64,000 bases of DNA from Fistulifera solaris (lineage: Eukaryota), in NCBI GenBank assembly GCA_030295235.1, contig AP026167.1:124001-188000 (forward strand), read 5' to 3'. Made by a program: the position numbers and the translations under genes. Position 1 is the first letter of the stretch; each line of letters opens with the position of its first letter. Shown here piece after piece: positions 61,897 through 64,000 of the stretch. A model generated the notes under the pieces. It worked only from the letters and a program-made list of their open reading frames with translations, was not told the origin of the DNA and ran no database searches.

Positions 61897-64000
61897 ATGG
61901 AAGCTTCATCACCAATACCGCAATCATGGTCAAATGCCGCGTTAGGGCAACTGTTTGCTGACACTTCCGTTGCTCAATGGGTCGAATTGCCTTGGATTTG
62001 TGTCATGGGAGAAACAAGCAGTGGCAAAAGCACCGTTTTAAGTCAATTGAGCGGCATTGAACTTCCGACGGATCATACTTTGACGACGAAAATACCAACT
62101 TTGATCCAATTGCGACACGATTTCGTGTGTCAGGCTCGCATTCAACTCATTCCGTGGAACCATCACTCCAGAAAGCACAATTACCAACATTCCGATAACA
62201 GAGAAGAACAACATCATCACAAAGTAACTCTCGGCGGCAGGAACAATGGCACGAGATTCCCTTACAAATACGTCCACGTACAAGGGCTGGTAACAGAGAA
62301 AGGCGATGCCACCATTCGCTCCGATTGGTGGGTGAGTGTTGCTATTCAAGGACCTCACGTATCGCACCCCTTCACCTTGGTGGATCTACCAGGTCTCATA
62401 CAAAACAGCCCCGAGCATCCAGATATACCACAACAAGTACAAGCATTGTGGAAATCGATTCAACACGAGCGTAGTATTTTGTTAGCGGTCCATCCCTCGA
62501 CATCAGATTTTCACAATGCTGCCGTTTGGGCGTCGCCGTCGTCCGACTTTATCATTATACCCGTGTTGACGAAACCCGATTTGATTGATCCAGGGCGAGT
62601 CGGCGGTCGTCAACTTGTTGACAGGTCAACATCCCTTGCCATTGAAGGGGTTTCACCTCATCAAAGGGAGAGGGCAGGCAGCGTTGGATCAATCAATTGA
62701 GCAAGCGTTACAAGAGGAAGAACGCTTTTTCCAACAGCAAGAACCTTGGAGATCCATCACCGATACAACATGCTTGGGTACAATCCATTTGAGAGAGAAA
62801 TTAAGTCGCATGCAGCTAGATTTATGGCGGCGTTGCCAAGTATTGTCAATGAGATTCGCCGTAAACGGGTAGAGGCATCCCGGGTCATGGAGCAGTTCCA
62901 GCCGATCCAAGATCGTCGTTGGTATTTTCAGGAACAATCACAAAGTCTTCTGGCCAAGCTGCAAGCTTCGATCCAAGGAAGGTCTTTGTATTCGGCTGGA
63001 GCGCGACTGCATCAAGCCTGCACCAAATACGCCGATTCAATTTGTCAAGGTTCCTTGTATACGGTGCGATCGGTTGTAGAAGGAGCACATGTATTGGTGA
63101 CGACACCACGAGGGGTGGTACCCGGTGGAGTGGTGCACATAGACAAGCAGTTCTGTTGTGTAGATTTTATTCATGAAGATGATTCTTCATCAGAAGCGCT
63201 GTTTGATCGGGTTGGTATTTCCATTCAGGATCACAAAGTGGAGGTTGACGATGTTTGGTTGGAAGGATCGAAAGTATACATTGCCCGGCGGTGTCTGTGA
63301 TTCGTTGAAGAAAATTCCATTCCATTGTGTTCGCACCGACCCTTCATGGCTCAAGGAAAAAATTGCCGAAACCCGTGCCGATGAGTTGGCTTGTTTTCTT
63401 AATGTTGACATATTCAAAGGCTGCCGTGGCAGATTTTGTCGAAGCCGATTGGCGACCACCATGTGACAAGTTACTACAAATCACGGAAGATGTCGCGCGA
63501 AAAGCAGTGAGTGAATCCATTCATAACACATTGGACGAACGATACCCCCTGCTCCAGTCGCTTTTGGAGAGACACTGTCGCTACCATAGTAAGATCTTTA
63601 ATGGAGCATGCTCAAGAGCAAGTCGATATGCATCTAGCTGCAGAAAAACAGCCTTACACGCTAGATTTGTTGCTGCTGGAAAACATTGCTGAAGCACGTC
63701 ATCGAAGTTTACGACGTGAATTGGAGATTGCTTTTCGACTGGACCAAGAAGGCGGAGTGTATGACACACAAGCCATTCAGGCTATCATGGACGACGTTTT
63801 TGAGCGACAAAAGCAAAAAACTTTTGAAGACCATACAGCGGAATAAATGGAGATTATTTTAGAAAGCTATGGCAAGATTGCCACGCGTCGCGTACTCGAT
63901 CGGTCGCCCATGATATGTTGGGAAGTTCTGCGATCGCTTACTCCCGCCATTCAGGAATCGTTTTGGAGCGTGAGTGAGGAGGAATTGATTGAGTGCACGC
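61897..64000 (+). CDS. Dynamin-related (Mx-like) GTPase, runs off window end; several frameshifts
   Basis: G1 ELPWICVMGETSSGKS, G2 TTKIPT, G3 LVDLPG, G4 VLTKPD. Stalk LGTIHLREKLS..ELACFLN..F; GED-like MEIILESYGKIATRRVLDRSPM. Confidence 0.88.

Overview
Gene-dense eukaryotic DNA, almost certainly a pennate diatom: short GT-AG introns, signal peptide + xxF bipartite plastid presequences, a DUF6824-type gene, and a gene family recalled from Fistulifera (organism is inference). Housekeeping genes: SLC25 carrier, a multidomain phylloquinone gene (MenF-MenD-MenH-MenC plus an extra C-terminal START/SRPBCC domain), Med22, rhomboid, CPYC-type GST, plastid Omp85, PHO84-type phosphate transporter, a 4-exon ATX1 copper chaperone absent from the ORF track, and an Mx/dynamin-like GTPase. 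Two locally amplified systems stand out. (1) A five-member family of signal-peptide/RRL/GPI-type surface proteins with a shared intron, surrounding a ~2,270-aa fasciclin-mucin gene built on 28-aa repeats. (2) A two-gene cassette (SILK/RVxF-motif protein followed by Cdc20) present three times in inverted and direct orientation, with further remnants. Two TIR elements and a decayed Ulp1-protease remnant are also present. Many conserved genes carry single-base frameshifts, probably assembly errors, so pseudogene calls based only on indels are uncertain.
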